NCBI GenBank assembly: GCA_020184695.1
Contig: JAANOX010000146.1
Span: 186,001 to 250,000, forward strand
From: Histomonas meleagridis 2922-C6/04-290x
Taxonomy: Eukaryota; Protista; Parabasalia
Direction of reading: 5' to 3'
Length of the DNA stretch: 64,000 nucleotides
The position numbers and the translations under genes are program-made. Shown here piece after piece: positions 1 through 11,474 of the stretch. The notes under the pieces are model-generated. The model worked only from the letters and a program-made list of their open reading frames with translations. It did no database searches and was not told the DNA's origin. Position 1 is the first letter of the stretch. Every line of letters starts with the position of its first letter.

Positions 1-418
1 AAGCAACAGTGGAATATTGCTTTTTTTGGTCTGGCGTAATTTCTGAGATTGATGGCATTAATTCATTAAGTATGGAAAGTGCATACTTTTGAAATTCATC
101 AAAAGTAGAAAGAGATAGAAGGCAAATGGTTTTTAATGCTTTGTTGTGTTCTTTTATTGTTGAAAATTTTTTGATACAAGGGATAAGTGATAAAACAGTA
201 TCATTTAGAAAAGGCATAATTTCACTTCCAACAAACTGGGAAGCAAGAATTTTGTTCATTGATTTTAATGCTGATATACGTAATTCAATTCTTAATGATT
301 TTAATTTTTCAAGTAGAAATGGCCATTCTTCTTTCCATTCTTCCATATTCGAAATTACATTTGAGGCATCTTCTAAAAGGATGTCTTGTGCTTTTCGCTT
401 ATATTCCCTTCTATGCAT
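1..418 (-). CDS. 5' part of a helical-repeat protein running off the left edge; weak resemblance to the IFRD N-terminal domain
   Basis: Absent from the ORF track. Manual translation from ATG at 418: MHRREYKRKAQDILLEDASNVISNMEEWKEEWPFLLEKLKSLRIELRISALKSMNKILASQF..., open to the edge. Inr-like TCATT just upstream of the ATG. Family call is from recalled pattern only. Confidence 0.6.
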   Translation of the reverse strand, partial: MHRREYKRKAQDILLEDASNVISNMEEWKEEWPFLLEKLKSLRIELRISALKSMNKILASQFVGSEIMPFLNDTVLSLIPCIKKFSTIKEHNKALKTICLLSLSTFDEFQKYALSILNELMPSISEITPDQKKQYSTVA

Positions 419-1058
419 TCAAGAGAAATGATTTATTTGTTCGAATGAATAACAAAGTAAAACGGAAAATTTGCACACAAAATTGAAATGTAATTCAAAA
501 TTCTGTGGTTGTAAAAATGTGTCAAAAAGAGGAGTTTTGGCTGGGGGTTTTCTGGCCAAATAATATGTTAAAAAATCATTGATAAACCAATCAAAATTCA
601 CTGAATATTATCGTTGGTATTGAATCTATCAAACTTTTTCAATTTTGACTGGTTTATTGTTGTATACATGATGAATTGCAAAAAAAATATTGCTTAAGCA
701 ATATATATTTTAAGCATCATCTAAATTCATAAAGTTTTATTTATTTTATCTGAGATAACGTAAAATGAGGAATTTTATGAGATGTACTATGTTTTAAAGC
801 TGTTCATCATAATATAAGATAGGAATAAGAATTTGTCATATTATCATATATCTATTTATATATTGAATAGATGATTATGAATTTTAAATTTTTGTTTATT
901 TTTTTCTGAATATGTTATTTAATTCAGTTAACTGGGTTTTCTTACTTATCATTAATATACTTACAAACACTATTGATGATTTATTAAATATAATGTCGGA
1001 TTAATTAAAAAAGAGATCAAATATCATTGAACAATCAAATGTTGTTTATATACATTTT

Positions 1059-4000
1059 TCAAGTAAATTTCTTTAATCCAAGCTGCGATGCCCTATATTG
1101 AATTAAAGGAATTATTTTCTTATCCTTTACTTTCTTTGCCATTTCCATTGCATCTTCTATTAAATCATTTTCCAAGTACAGTAACATTTTAGCTTTATCA
1201 TCTTTTTCGAATTTTAACAAATCTTTAATAACACCAAATTTATTTGTTGTTGCAACACTTCTAATCAACAAAGGCAACAACAACGATTTTTCAAGTGGTT
1301 CATTTTCAGCGAATTTTTCCATAAATTCCAAAATTACGTTATTATTTTGTTGAGCAACAAATTTTGCTAAATTCGAAATCACAATAACCGTTTCTATATT
1401 CAAAGATTTTATCAATTTTGAATATATCTCATCAGCTTTTTCTACGATCAATTTCTTATGAACCGCCGACTTTTCCTCAGAATTCATAATTTTGTAAAAT
1501 TTACATAACGCGCAAACGTTTCCACAATTTTCATTATTTTCGATTATATCGAATTCGGGCAAAAAGTCGATTCTTTGGTTATAACAGAACTCACAAAACT
1601 TCGTTTGTATATCAACCATTATTAACATTCTTTCCAAATCATTTGTATAAAGATCCGAAGGAATATATTTTGGCGAAAGATTTTTTTGCGGATTATTTCT
1701 ATAATCCAACGCTTGAGACAAATACGAGTACGCCATAGCTATATGATACAGTCTATTATCGTCAGTTGTATCAATATGGAACAATTGTATTGCAATTTTT
1801 GCAGCTTCATCAAATTGATGTCTGAAATTATATATCGATAAAGCGTTTTGGCCCATTAAATGTTGTTCGAAATAAGACGAAACATTAACAAATAAATCAC
1901 CTGTTACGATAAAATCGGGATCTTGTTCTAATATAAACTTAGTGAACTCTTCGAATTGATCATATTTAATCAATGATGAATATATATAATTCAAAAAGAA
2001 ATTTAATCTTTTCTCTTCTTCTAAAATGTTCATCAGAACTTGATAAACAACGCGATAATTCTTGATATATATTAATGTTATGACTGATGTTGGTGGTGTT
2101 ACACAATATGTCGAATAATATTTTAAGTTATTGATTTGATTTGGATTTTCATTTTGTGATTTTATTGTCGTTGGTAAATTATATTTTAATGAAACTAAAT
2201 TTGGTATTTCATTTATTGGCGTTTCAAATAATTTTTCGATAAATTTGTGATCGAAAATTGATGACTTAATATATAACTTAAAGAATGGAATAATTTCATT
2301 CGATTGGATTTCATTTTGTTCTTCTTCTTTAGAATCATATTCATGATATAAATCAAAATAAAATGTTTTAAGTTCTTTCTTGTATTTGTTTAATAATTCT
2401 CTGCAATATGAATATAATCCAATTTTGGACAAAATAAATAAAACGTTATAATAATATTCTTCAATTTTCGTGTTGAATGATTTCGATATGTTTTGAAGTA
2501 AATCTTCAGAATTAATATCATTCTTAAAACATATTTTTAATAAATATTCGCCAAATTTATTCGTTCCAAAGTTTTCAAATGAATATGAAAATTTATAATT
2601 TAAATAAATTCGTAATTGTACAAATTCGAAAAGACATTTAACTTGTACAAAATCGGAATTATATTTATTTATAGTTTCAAAAATAGTGTTAATATGTTTT
2701 AATAATGTAATCGAATAATTTTCAGTTTCTATTGATGAAACATTAATAGATTTTATATGATTAGAAAAATGTTTATGAAAATGTTCGGAAATTATATCAA
2801 TGTTTTTAAATAAAGGAACAAAATGTTGAATTAATTTATAATAAAATAATAAATCATTCGAATTTAATGAATTTAATATCGAAATCAAATCATTATCATT
2901 TAATATTACTAAACTTTCTTTTTTGATCTTTAATGTTAAGTTTGAATGATTAATAAATGCCTTTACAATTGAGTTTTTGTCATTAAATTTCGATTCTTTT
3001 TGTATTTCATTTGGTAATGATAAAAACGAATCGAAAATATTTTGTTCATCTTGTGGTAATAATTTCCTTAAACAAGATAATTGTGAAATATTATCAATTA
3101 ATTTATCATAAAATAATGGATAATGTTCATCGTAATTTGTTATTAAAATGTTTTGTAATTCGTTATCTTCTTTACTTAATTCGATGAATTGTATTAAATC
3201 TGATTCAAAATTAATCGAATTATTTAAATATTTTATGATATCATTATGTTCTTTCGATTTATATAAATTATTTATTAATTGTTGATATGAATTCGATTTA
3301 TATTTATTTAGTAAACGAATTCGTATAATTTTTGATTTATCTTCTTGTATTGAATTATAATTAATTAAATTTAATAAATTTAACATTTGTTCATTAAATG
3401 AAAATTCGTCATTTTCAATTAATATATCATATAAAGGTTTTGTATTGATTTGATATATTATATCATCAAAATCAATTTCTTCATTATTTTTAACTTTTTT
3501 AATAATGTTTTCAACAATTTCTTTTTCGTTTATATTTTGAATATTTTTTTCTTCATTTTCTTCTTTTTGTATATTCATTGCTTTAGTTTCTAATGGATAT
3601 TGTTTCGAGTAATATTTAACGAAATCATCATTCATATTAAAATCGTTACTATTTCGAATTACAAGTTCAAATAGATTTAATTTAAATAATTTCGAAAGAT
3701 TTTCAGCTCGTTGAATATCACCAGAATTAAACACATTAGAAATAGCTTTTATTATATTAAATTCGAATTTATTATTATCGTCCAAATTTTGATAATTATA
3801 AAATTCATTTAAATAATTTATAAATTTTAGAAGTGTATTTGAATCAGAAATAATTTTCGTGTAATTCGTAGAGATAAAATCAATTGGTGATTCTTCAAAC
3901 AAATAAACAAATTCTTGAATTGATTCCCATTTTTTATCGCCCCAATAAGTTATATTTTTATGATTTTGTATCATATTTTTGATTTCAGTTGAATCAATTC

Positions 4001-5762
4001 CTAAATTTTGTTTTGAAAAATCATTTATAAATTCATCAAATTGTTCATCATTAATAACAAAATCAGTCATTTCAATAGATTGTAATTCTTTTATTTTTTC
4101 TTTATTAAGAATTTCATTAATATTATTATTTATTGAAAGTGAAATTTCAAGTTTAAGTAAATTATTTTGTTGTTCAATTTCTTTTGGTATTTTCTCATTA
4201 ATTAAAATGGTATAAATCGAATAAGCAAAAATAAATAATTTCCGATAAAATGATAAATTTGATGTTAAAGCATTTGCAATTTCCCAATTTTTAGTATCAA
4301 TTTCTTTAAATATTTGCGTTGGATTCCTATTAAATGCATCGTCGAAAGAATTAACATTTTTAATAATAGTCAATGCATTTGTTATATATTGATTATTAGT
4401 GAATGAACATAATAAAGAAATAATACTTTTAGCAGTTGAAATTGGTATTAAATATTTATTATCTTTTTGTATAAATAATAAAGAAAACAAATCAATTATT
4501 ATTATATCTAAAATGCTTTTATTTTTGATATTATTTAATAATTCTTTAATATCATTAATCGATTGTTTAACATTTTTTTCGGATAATTTAAATATAGTTA
4601 AATATTTACTTATAATATTATAACAACGAATAAAATCAAAATCAAGCGAAACATCATTTTTAGAAACAGAAAAATAATTTAAATGTTCGAATTCAAAGAT
4701 TTCTTTTTGCGTTAAAACAAATTCCATAAATTTCGGTAATGATTTACTATTTAATTCATTTACTGTTATTTCATTAGCAGTCACAAATGATATCATATTC
4801 GCTAACTGAAAATCATTTATAAAACATGTTAAACATTCAGTTGCTATTGATGGTTTATATTTTAGTTTTAATATTGGCAAAAAACTTTCTAAATTGGAAT
4901 ACATAATTTGTTGATGATTACATAATACGTAAGGTAAAACATCAGGAAACATTTCATATAATTCATTAAATTTATCGAATTCTTGTGAAATTACTTGTTC
5001 GATAACAAGTTGTGAAATCAAATCAACAAAAAAAGTGGACGTAGAAATACTCGTATTAACTAATGAAAAATAAAGGGAATTAAATATGGATGGAATATAT
5101 GATGGAAATTGATGTGATAATGTAAATCGTTTTTGTAATCGTTGTGTAAATTCTGGATAAAGAAAATTGGTATCAAATTTAAAATACTTAGGAAGATCGG
5201 TTAAATCAAATGTAATGTTGTCACATAGGTTTTCTGATGGTTTCTGAAGAAAATATAAGATGTCAATGCCAATGGAATTTAAAAGCTTTTGGAGATCAAA
5301 TGTATTTATAATAGGAAGAAACATTTGAAATATGGAATAGAATATTCCAGGATGATTTTTACGAAATATTAATAAAAATAAGGCTAAATTATTTTTATCT
5401 CGATCTGTAAGATTGCGAAGTGATCGCTTCCCATTAGTAAATTGAAGAAGCACCGATGCGGCTTGCTCTTTTATTTTTTGTAAGTCAAGATAAGCAAAGT
5501 CAAAAGACGGATCTGTGAACTTAAATTCTTGATTATTTAGTTCTGAAAAGCGTTGTTGAAAACACTTAACTTTCCATTGGATTTCAGTAGCATTTGGCAA
5601 GTTTGAAGTTGCGTTTAGAAATGGTAAAATGATATTAGATATTTGTTGAAAATCAAAATCAAATTTTAAATGAAGTAATGGAGCTTCGGGGTTCGTGAAT
5701 ATAGCGTAGTATAAAAACGATTTTATTTTTTCCTTCGTTTCATCTTCTTCAAAGTTGCCCAT
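1059..5762 (-). CDS. Large 1567-aa helical protein with a spastizin (ZFYVE26/SPG15)-like C-terminus
   Basis: Long open frame. C-terminal segments EAAKIAIQLF...YLSQAL, LERMLIMVDIQTKFCEF and AKMLLYLENDLIEDAMEMA resemble the spastizin C-terminal region (recall, no search run). Confidence 0.55.
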   Translation of the reverse strand: MGNFEEDETKEKIKSFLYYAIFTNPEAPLLHLKFDFDFQQISNIILPFLNATSNLPNATEIQWKVKCFQQRFSELNNQEFKFTDPSFDFAYLDLQKIKEQAASVLLQFTNGKRSLRNLTDRDKNNLALFLLIFRKNHPGIFYSIFQMFLPIINTFDLQKLLNSIGIDILYFLQKPSENLCDNITFDLTDLPKYFKFDTNFLYPEFTQRLQKRFTLSHQFPSYIPSIFNSLYFSLVNTSISTSTFFVDLISQLVIEQVISQEFDKFNELYEMFPDVLPYVLCNHQQIMYSNLESFLPILKLKYKPSIATECLTCFINDFQLANMISFVTANEITVNELNSKSLPKFMEFVLTQKEIFEFEHLNYFSVSKNDVSLDFDFIRCYNIISKYLTIFKLSEKNVKQSINDIKELLNNIKNKSILDIIIIDLFSLLFIQKDNKYLIPISTAKSIISLLCSFTNNQYITNALTIIKNVNSFDDAFNRNPTQIFKEIDTKNWEIANALTSNLSFYRKLFIFAYSIYTILINEKIPKEIEQQNNLLKLEISLSINNNINEILNKEKIKELQSIEMTDFVINDEQFDEFINDFSKQNLGIDSTEIKNMIQNHKNITYWGDKKWESIQEFVYLFEESPIDFISTNYTKIISDSNTLLKFINYLNEFYNYQNLDDNNKFEFNIIKAISNVFNSGDIQRAENLSKLFKLNLFELVIRNSNDFNMNDDFVKYYSKQYPLETKAMNIQKEENEEKNIQNINEKEIVENIIKKVKNNEEIDFDDIIYQINTKPLYDILIENDEFSFNEQMLNLLNLINYNSIQEDKSKIIRIRLLNKYKSNSYQQLINNLYKSKEHNDIIKYLNNSINFESDLIQFIELSKEDNELQNILITNYDEHYPLFYDKLIDNISQLSCLRKLLPQDEQNIFDSFLSLPNEIQKESKFNDKNSIVKAFINHSNLTLKIKKESLVILNDNDLISILNSLNSNDLLFYYKLIQHFVPLFKNIDIISEHFHKHFSNHIKSINVSSIETENYSITLLKHINTIFETINKYNSDFVQVKCLFEFVQLRIYLNYKFSYSFENFGTNKFGEYLLKICFKNDINSEDLLQNISKSFNTKIEEYYYNVLFILSKIGLYSYCRELLNKYKKELKTFYFDLYHEYDSKEEEQNEIQSNEIIPFFKLYIKSSIFDHKFIEKLFETPINEIPNLVSLKYNLPTTIKSQNENPNQINNLKYYSTYCVTPPTSVITLIYIKNYRVVYQVLMNILEEEKRLNFFLNYIYSSLIKYDQFEEFTKFILEQDPDFIVTGDLFVNVSSYFEQHLMGQNALSIYNFRHQFDEAAKIAIQLFHIDTTDDNRLYHIAMAYSYLSQALDYRNNPQKNLSPKYIPSDLYTNDLERMLIMVDIQTKFCEFCYNQRIDFLPEFDIIENNENCGNVCALCKFYKIMNSEEKSAVHKKLIVEKADEIYSKLIKSLNIETVIVISNLAKFVAQQNNNVILEFMEKFAENEPLEKSLLLPLLIRSVATTNKFGVIKDLLKFEKDDKAKMLLYLENDLIEDAMEMAKKVKDKKIIPLIQYRASQLGLKKFT

Positions 5763-5975
5763 CGTCTTTTAAGTTTCATCTCACATGCCATGGTTTTTCA
5801 TTTGGTTTTAATCTTTTCCAAGCAAAAATAAGAGCCACAAACTTTAGCTACACAAAATTATCTCGTTTTATTTTCTTTTTTAAATTTTGATAAATGTAAT
5901 TATTAAAAGTACTTATTGTTAATATAATTTTTTTATTAAATAAACTCAACACTTGCACGCAATTCCATTCGAATA

Positions 5976-6260
5976 TTAGTTGTTTGATGAGAAGGAATTT
6001 GTAAATAACTTTTCGTATTCATTTAACTCATTTAAAATTTGAATCCTATGGTTTTGTGAGTTCAAATCCATTGTAGCTTGGTATGTTAAATTACCAATTA
6101 GTGCTTCTGATTCGTCAATTTCATTTTCCCATTTCTTTTGGTTACTTTCGATTTTATCAAGCTTAAGGTGTAACTTAACTAGCTTAAGGGCATCTTCATT
6201 GTTGTATGTTTGCTCGCTTGTTTGGTCATTATTATTAGGAGCTTTTGAGGCCACTTGCAT
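5976..6260 (-). CDS. Small coiled-coil hypothetical protein (94 aa)
   Basis: ATG start, heptad-like LKLDKIESNQKKWENEIDESEAL; Myb-type TAACGG site 17-30 bp upstream. Confidence 0.55.
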   Translation of the reverse strand: MQVASKAPNNNDQTSEQTYNNEDALKLVKLHLKLDKIESNQKKWENEIDESEALIGNLTYQATMDLNSQNHRIQILNELNEYEKLFTNSFSSNN

Positions 6261-6670
6261 TGCTCCACAATTTAATATTAACGGTCGCTATTCCTCATTA
6301 GCCATTGACACTTCAACTCTAAAATATTCACATAAAAATTTTAATCGATAAGTAGGTAAACTTCGTTAGTAAGATTAGACATAACTTTTTATCCAAAACA
6401 TACTTCTGTGTTTTTTGTTATATGTCTCTGTACTGATCATCAAACTTTCATTATAAAGGTGTAAATTTAGTAATGATATTCTATATAAAAAACATGATTT
6501 ATAAAAATGGTGTTTTGTTTGCAATAAAATTTTTACTCATCCTTGTCGAAGGAGCTCCATTATCTTGGAGGCTTGTTGGTTAAGTGTAAAAACAAAAAAT
6601 TTAAATAAATTTGAAATATTATATTTAAACATCAAATTATTAAAATAAATATAAAATCAAACAAAAAAGT

Positions 6671-8310
6671 ATCATTATCATCGATATCATTTCCTTCTTG
6701 GTCCTGAAGTAAATTTACTATTTCTGTATGACCATTTTCAGATGCATACATAAGTGCTGTATAAAATAAATTAAAAAAAATTCCAAATATTATTAGAAAA
6801 CATAAAATTCTTATAATAAAATTTAAATAAAACAAATAAATATCTTTAGCATTAACATCAATTCCTTTTTGTTCAAGAAGTAATTTGACAATTTCTAGAT
6901 TACCTTTTTTTGATGCCAAAATAAGTGCTGTATTAAATAATTTTAACAAATTCCAAATATAATTTTTAAATATAAATACAAAATAAATCAAATAAATATC
7001 TCTAAAATTAATACCAATTCCTTCTTGTTTAAGAAGTAATTTAACTATTTCTATTTGACCTTTTTCAGATGCTAACATAAGTCCTGTTCTAAATAATTTA
7101 AATAATTTCCAATTATTATTTTAAAATATTAAATAAAACAAACAAATATACATGAAATTAATATTAATTCCTTCTTGATTTAAAATATATTTTACGAGTT
7201 CAACATTTCCTGATTTAATTGAAAAAAATAATATATCAATATATTTTGAAAATAATAAATTTTCTTCAAGAAAATATTTAATAAGAAAAATATTTCCTTT
7301 ACTTGCTGTTTTATAAATGATATTATCATTGATCTTCATTCCTTTTTTTTCTAAAAATGAGAGAATTTCATAGTTATTATATGACACACATTTTTCTCCA
7401 AATGAATTAAAAGCTTCTTTTTCATAAAGATATTTAAAGATATCGTTTTGATGAAATTTAATTGCTGTTTCGTATGGTTTCCAAAATGATAAATGACTTT
7501 GCTCACATAAATGAATAATTTCTAAGTTTCCACCTGCAATTGCATATTCATATGTATCTTCAACGTCTGGATCATTCATAAATAAATATTTAAAACATTT
7601 AACTGAACCAAAATATGCTGCATAATCAATTAATGTAACATTTTCATGATTGACAAACGAACATCTTTCATAAAGTGATGGTTCAATTTTCTGGTTGAAA
7701 TCAAAATTTGTTTGTGATGATATTTCTTGAAGTTTTTCTACTTCATCTTTTCGAATTATTTTTGCAATTTCATTTGGATTATGTCCTTCTTTAATTAATT
7801 GCTTATGAAGTGCCCAATCATTCTTTGATAGTTCTTCATAATTTTTGATAAATTGTTTTTCAAATGGATCTATATAGGTTCGTTGTTTGTTTTCTTTTTT
7901 TGTTTTATAGTGTGCAAAATATTTTGAATTAATATTTTTAGTGATATTTTTATCAATTAAATTTTGTTCAATCATGTTTTCAAGGAGATAATTTGATTCC
8001 TGTGAAGCTTTTTTAAGAAGCAACTGGGTGAAAATTTCACATATTCTATGTTTACTTTTTTTGTTTTTTGTAATGCTTCAATTTCATTTATAAAAATTAT
8101 ATATACATTTGGGTCGTTAGGCTGCGCAATAAATGATGAATATATCATTTGACTAATTGTTAAATTAAAAGAATATGAGAGATTATTATCAAATATATCA
8201 AATAATGTATGTGCTGATTGAGAAATATTTGCTTTATTGAGGTCAAAAATAGTACGGTAAGCCATATAAAGCATTTCCCATTCTTTGCTTTTATTTTCAC
8301 CACGTTGCAT
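6671..8310 (-). CDS. DUF3447/ankyrin-repeat gene (locus A) with one frameshift near 8050-8077 and ankyrin repeats split by spacers
   Basis: ORFs 7972-8310 and 7121-8023 join by adding one A in an A-run. DUF3447 motifs HPNEIAKIIRKDEVEKLQ, IDYAAYFGSVKCFKYL and AIAGGNLEIIHLCE. Downstream ankyrin segments TGLMLASEKG.., TALILASKKG.. and TALMYASENG.. Confidence 0.75.
6761..7147 (-). other. Three ankyrin-interrupting spacers: 7088-7147 (60 nt), 6932-6997 (66 nt), 6761-6841 (81 nt); a degenerate fourth at 6586-6670
   Basis: Each lies between the D-position codon and the T(A/G)L codon, starts ATT-T(A/G)T-TTG and has TGGAA about 24 nt before the T codon. The first contains an in-frame TAA. Confidence 0.8.
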
Positions 8311-8632
8311 TTCTGATAAGAAAACGGTTATACATATTCAATTAAAAATGGATTTTTTTGATTTTAATTTGCAAATTATATATTATTATTATATATTTCT
8401 TAATAGTAAATTTAGTGTTCTGTTCAAATTAAACTTATTTCATCTGCTCTGCTGATAAATGACTTCATGATGCGATGATGGAGAAATTGAATAAAAAGCC
8501 ATGCTAAAGATAGTGCTGAATACAGAGAGAGTATTAACAACTTATATTTCCCTCAATCGTTAAGAAAAATAAGTTTTGGAGAGCTCATTGAACCACAATG
8601 ATTAAATGATTAATTAGTCAGGAAATTTTGAT

Positions 8633-9082
8633 TTACTTAACTTTTTCACATGCACCACCAGCAGCTTTGATCTTTCTTTCAGCAGATTGAGAGAAATCTT
8701 TTGCACGAACGATTAATGGAATTTGTGGGAGCTCTCCACGACCAACAACTTTGAAGAAACCATTAGCAACACAATCAATAACTGGAACTGCTTCACCTTG
8801 CTTTTTAGAAGCAGCTTGGTTGCGAACTTCTTCTGGAACTAATGTCCAAAGTTTATCTATGTTTATAATTGGTTCCCATTCACGGCATTTGAATACGTGG
8901 AGTCTGCGCATACCAACCTTACCAAAGTATCCTGGGTGATAACGATCGAACCAGGTTCTTTGATGATGTTGACCACCAGCATTACCGCAACCACCTGGTG
9001 ATTTCCTGTGCTTTCCAACACGACCGTAACCCATTGATTCCTGACCACGAAGTTTCCTCGACTTCTTGAAGCGAGTTGGCAT
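8633..9082 (-). CDS. RPL27A: 60S ribosomal protein L27a (uL15)
   Basis: [42 protein letters not shown]...[12 protein letters not shown] is the uL15 signature. Confidence 0.97.
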   Translation of the reverse strand: MPTRFKKSRKLRGQESMGYGRVGKHRKSPGGCGNAGGQHHQRTWFDRYHPGYFGKVGMRRLHVFKCREWEPIINIDKLWTLVPEEVRNQAASKKQGEAVPVIDCVANGFFKVVGRGELPQIPLIVRAKDFSQSAERKIKAAGGACEKVK

Positions 9083-9088
9083 CCTTCA

Positions 9089-9108
9089 AAAGGTCAGACC
9101 AAACCGCC
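9089..9108 (-). promoter_or_regulatory. Trichomonad M3-like (GGCGGTT) and M5 (CCTTT) core promoter elements of RPL27A
   Basis: CCTTT at 9093-9089 and GGCGGTT at 9108-9102 just upstream of the ATG; the same pairing occurs at RPL13A and RPS9. Confidence 0.7.
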
Positions 9109-9684
9109 TCGTTTAACGTTCTTGTGTATACGATACAATGATTCTAAACTTTACCAACATTTGCTCAGAACGGAGTGTGCCAAATTAACGGTCGCTAATT
9201 ATTTTTGGTACTCAAGGATAAGATAGGTGAACAATGTTGAATGCTCGGTTTTGATTTTCGTTATACAATTTGTTGTAAATTAAGATTTCGACATATGAGC
9301 AATTTTTTAAAAAATCTATCTTGCTAAAATTTTATAAATGTTTTGCTATTGTTATAATTTTTTATAGGGAAAAAAAGGCAAAGCGCTCGGGAAAGAGAAA
9401 AAGTTATAAAATGTAAAAATTATAATCCATTAAAAAATCATTTTTTATTAAATTCACAACTCATATTAAGAATCATTTTAAAATTTACATGTTGAAATGT
9501 TTAGAATAATTATAAAACTTAATAATTAAAAAATTACATGATAGAAATTTGTTACTTTTTAATTGTTTTAACAATGGTAACATGGTTACTTTTTCATATA
9601 AATAAGTAAATATTTCTTCGTTTGTTTCAAATAGTTAAATTTTTTATCTATTAGAAGAAAATTTTATTTGTAACAAACATTTAT

Positions 9685-11235
9685 TTATTTAGCAATGAAG
9701 CCATTTTGTATAGCCTTCTGTAGTCGTGCTTTTACAATATCGAACGTTTGCTTTTCCAGCATAACATAAACAGGCGACAGCACTGAACTGTTCTGATTCA
9801 CCAGTTCATTCTGAGGCACATTTGTGTACGATATAACAAATGGAGGAATCTCTATGAACTCACCAACATTTTCTAATCGCATCAAAGAAGCAATGAACTC
9901 TTTCATGTAGTCCATCCCCATTGTTAAACACAAAAGTATAATTTCATCTTTCGTGCTTTGTGGAATTGTTTGTTGCTCATAACCAAAGAAAAATGAGAAC
10001 ACAGAAATTACTGTTTTTATGTTTTTTGATCCACGAAAAATAAAATTCGAATTAAGATCTAAAAATGTTCCGGTGATTTTCCATTTGGAAAATGTAGAAA
10101 AACCTAATTCTTTCGCATATGTTTTAAGAAGATATTGGCGTATGATTAATGAAAGATAATCATAAAATGATATGTTCGTTATCCATTGTGGTACACTTTC
10201 CGATTTAGGCCATATACGATTTTGAATAAATGTACTCCCATTAGTAAATTTATAGATAAATTGTAATGAAAAAAAATTCGTATTATTGGTGTTTCCACTA
10301 AATTTAAATGAGACTGAGAAGTCAAAACTAGAAACAGGAATTTGCTTTAGTTGTCCTAGATATACTTTTCTGGATATAAAACCCCATTTGGGTGTTAAGC
10401 CGGTTGATGTGTTGACCGTTAGCTCGCAGCCGTTAATAACCGGTTGCTTGACGATACGTGTAATGCACTCAATTATGTTGGTGCAATGCTGAGAAAAAAC
10501 AGAATGTGAAGAAAGCTGTTTGTAGGAGCTAAGAGGGCTTTGAAATGTTTTGTGAATAAGATCGACTGCATGAACTTGAAATTTGGTACTTTGATCGGGG
10601 ATCTTTAATTCTGATGAATAAAAAAAGATGACTTTATCTGTTTGAATCTTGCTGAATAAATCAATTAAAGCTTCAGGATTACTTTTTTGGTTAACAATAA
10701 GAGACTCTATAATAAAATATGTTTCTTTTAAAGCATTTGGTAATTCATCACACGTCCAAAAACAAAGATCTGTGATATCACCAAAAGAAACATTTACAAT
10801 GTTACTTGAGTTTGTGACATATACGGGGATTTCTGCCAAATATACGATTGTAAACTTACAATTTTCAAGTGGTAACTTTTGCGATATAAGAGAATTAATG
10901 ATTCTGCCAATCGAGAATTTATCAGCAGATAAATCAAATACGAGGGAAACTGTTAGATTTTTTGAAGATATATTTTGGTTATTATGAAAAATGTTAAAAT
11001 TTGGTTTAGAAATATTTCTATCAAAATAACGTATAGGATTGCAAATTGGGCAAATTTCATCAGGGGATATTTTCAATGAATGACATTTTTTACATTCAAT
11101 TAATTTTGAATTGTAAGAAAGAACAAGTTTACTATCAAAATCACTTAAGTTCCATGGAACTGTTATGTTGCAACCCATAACTGCATCTATTTCACCAGGG
11201 CATAGAGAAAGAGATGAGAAGGAAATGTTTTCCAT
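9685..11235 (-). CDS. Divergent Sec23/Sec24-like protein (zinc finger plus vWA-like trunk)
   Basis: CKKC...CPIC zinc finger followed by VSLVFDLS (vWA beta strand); first ATG at 11235. Confidence 0.55.
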   Translation of the reverse strand: MENISFSSLSLCPGEIDAVMGCNITVPWNLSDFDSKLVLSYNSKLIECKKCHSLKISPDEICPICNPIRYFDRNISKPNFNIFHNNQNISSKNLTVSLVFDLSADKFSIGRIINSLISQKLPLENCKFTIVYLAEIPVYVTNSSNIVNVSFGDITDLCFWTCDELPNALKETYFIIESLIVNQKSNPEALIDLFSKIQTDKVIFFYSSELKIPDQSTKFQVHAVDLIHKTFQSPLSSYKQLSSHSVFSQHCTNIIECITRIVKQPVINGCELTVNTSTGLTPKWGFISRKVYLGQLKQIPVSSFDFSVSFKFSGNTNNTNFFSLQFIYKFTNGSTFIQNRIWPKSESVPQWITNISFYDYLSLIIRQYLLKTYAKELGFSTFSKWKITGTFLDLNSNFIFRGSKNIKTVISVFSFFFGYEQQTIPQSTKDEIILLCLTMGMDYMKEFIASLMRLENVGEFIEIPPFVISYTNVPQNELVNQNSSVLSPVYVMLEKQTFDIVKARLQKAIQNGFIAK

Positions 11236-11474
11236 GTGATCGGAAAACACGTTTAGCTTTAAATTTATTCTTTTTGAATCAGATTAATCGGTTAACCTCA
11301 ATTAATTGAACGGTAAATTTCGCAATTTCCAGTAATTTTTGGGCTCAATCAGAAAATTTTAACCGAGAAATTGAAGATATTTCGAGATAATTCATATGAT
11401 TTTGGAGTCTTTAAGGAGAACATCATTCGTTTATTAATCGTAGAAATAAAATCAAAATTATTAATTTAAGATGT

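Noticed and set aside
6932-6997. IES-like excision between TTATTT direct repeats at the two spacer ends
   Set aside because: Leaving one copy gives GAT ATT TAT TTA ATA CA, which is out of frame, and the repeat is not present in all copies.
8480-8610. Box C/D snoRNA (ATGATG...CTGA)
   Set aside because: No terminal stem; an overlapping frame reads INNLYFPQSLRKISFG, more like a BspA-type coding remnant.
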